Assembly (NCBI RefSeq): GCF_006345805.1
Contig: NC_043009.1
Span: forward strand, 61,008,001 to 61,072,000
Length of the DNA: 64,000 bases
Source: Octopus sinensis
Lineage: Eukaryota
Direction of reading: 5' to 3'
Shown here: positions 63,831 to 64,000 of the stretch, one piece after another
Layout: each line of letters begins with the position of its first letter
Position numbering within the stretch: the stretch's first letter is position 1
Position numbers and translations under genes: made by a program
Notes under the pieces: model-generated
Database searches by the model: none
Told to the model about the DNA's origin: nothing
The model's input: only the letters and a program-made list of their open reading frames with translations

Positions 63831-64000
63831 ACCCAGGTCTTTCACCTCTCACTCACACTCTTTTATAAGATTCCCTTCACAATATCCTGTCACCTGTATT
63901 ATGGCATTGAACCTCAAGAATATGTCTTGGCTCTTGCCACCATCTATGGCTCTCTCTTCCTTTACTCAACCATCTCATTTATATTCTGATCCCTGTTCCT

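Overview
AT-rich, non-coding eukaryotic DNA, saturated with (TA)n/(CA)n/(TATG)n/(AAT)n/(GAT)n microsatellites and decayed transposons. The repeat landscape is most consistent with a coleoid cephalopod (octopus) genome; this is pattern recognition, not a database result. No intact protein-coding gene or RNA gene is visible, and almost all listed ORFs are microsatellite read-throughs or TE remnants. Identified: four tRNA-headed SINE families (A, B, C, E), RTE, CR1 and R4/Dong-type (RLE) LINE fragments, Tc1/mariner, pogo-like and piggyBac-like (TTAA) elements, and solo-LTR-like islands. Main observations: (1) seven minimal type-I hammerhead ribozyme motifs of the Penelope-like-element kind, in five unrelated sequence contexts, all next to (TA)n tracts and several inside fold-back structures; one has a G3/U8 core variant and three have a CCGACGA core; (2) a chimeric retro-insertion in which about 155 nt of 28S rRNA is fused to the head of a SINE, with one 16-bp target-site duplication around both parts; (3) three RLE (Dong/R4-like) LINE ends in (TAA)n arrays; (4) a position-specific array of ~65-bp double-hairpin units in an RTE 3' UTR; (5) recurrent local inverted duplications; (6) a CpG-retaining, SINE-poor zone at about 28-33 kb that may be a gene 5' or regulatory region. 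All structures were folded and aligned by eye.
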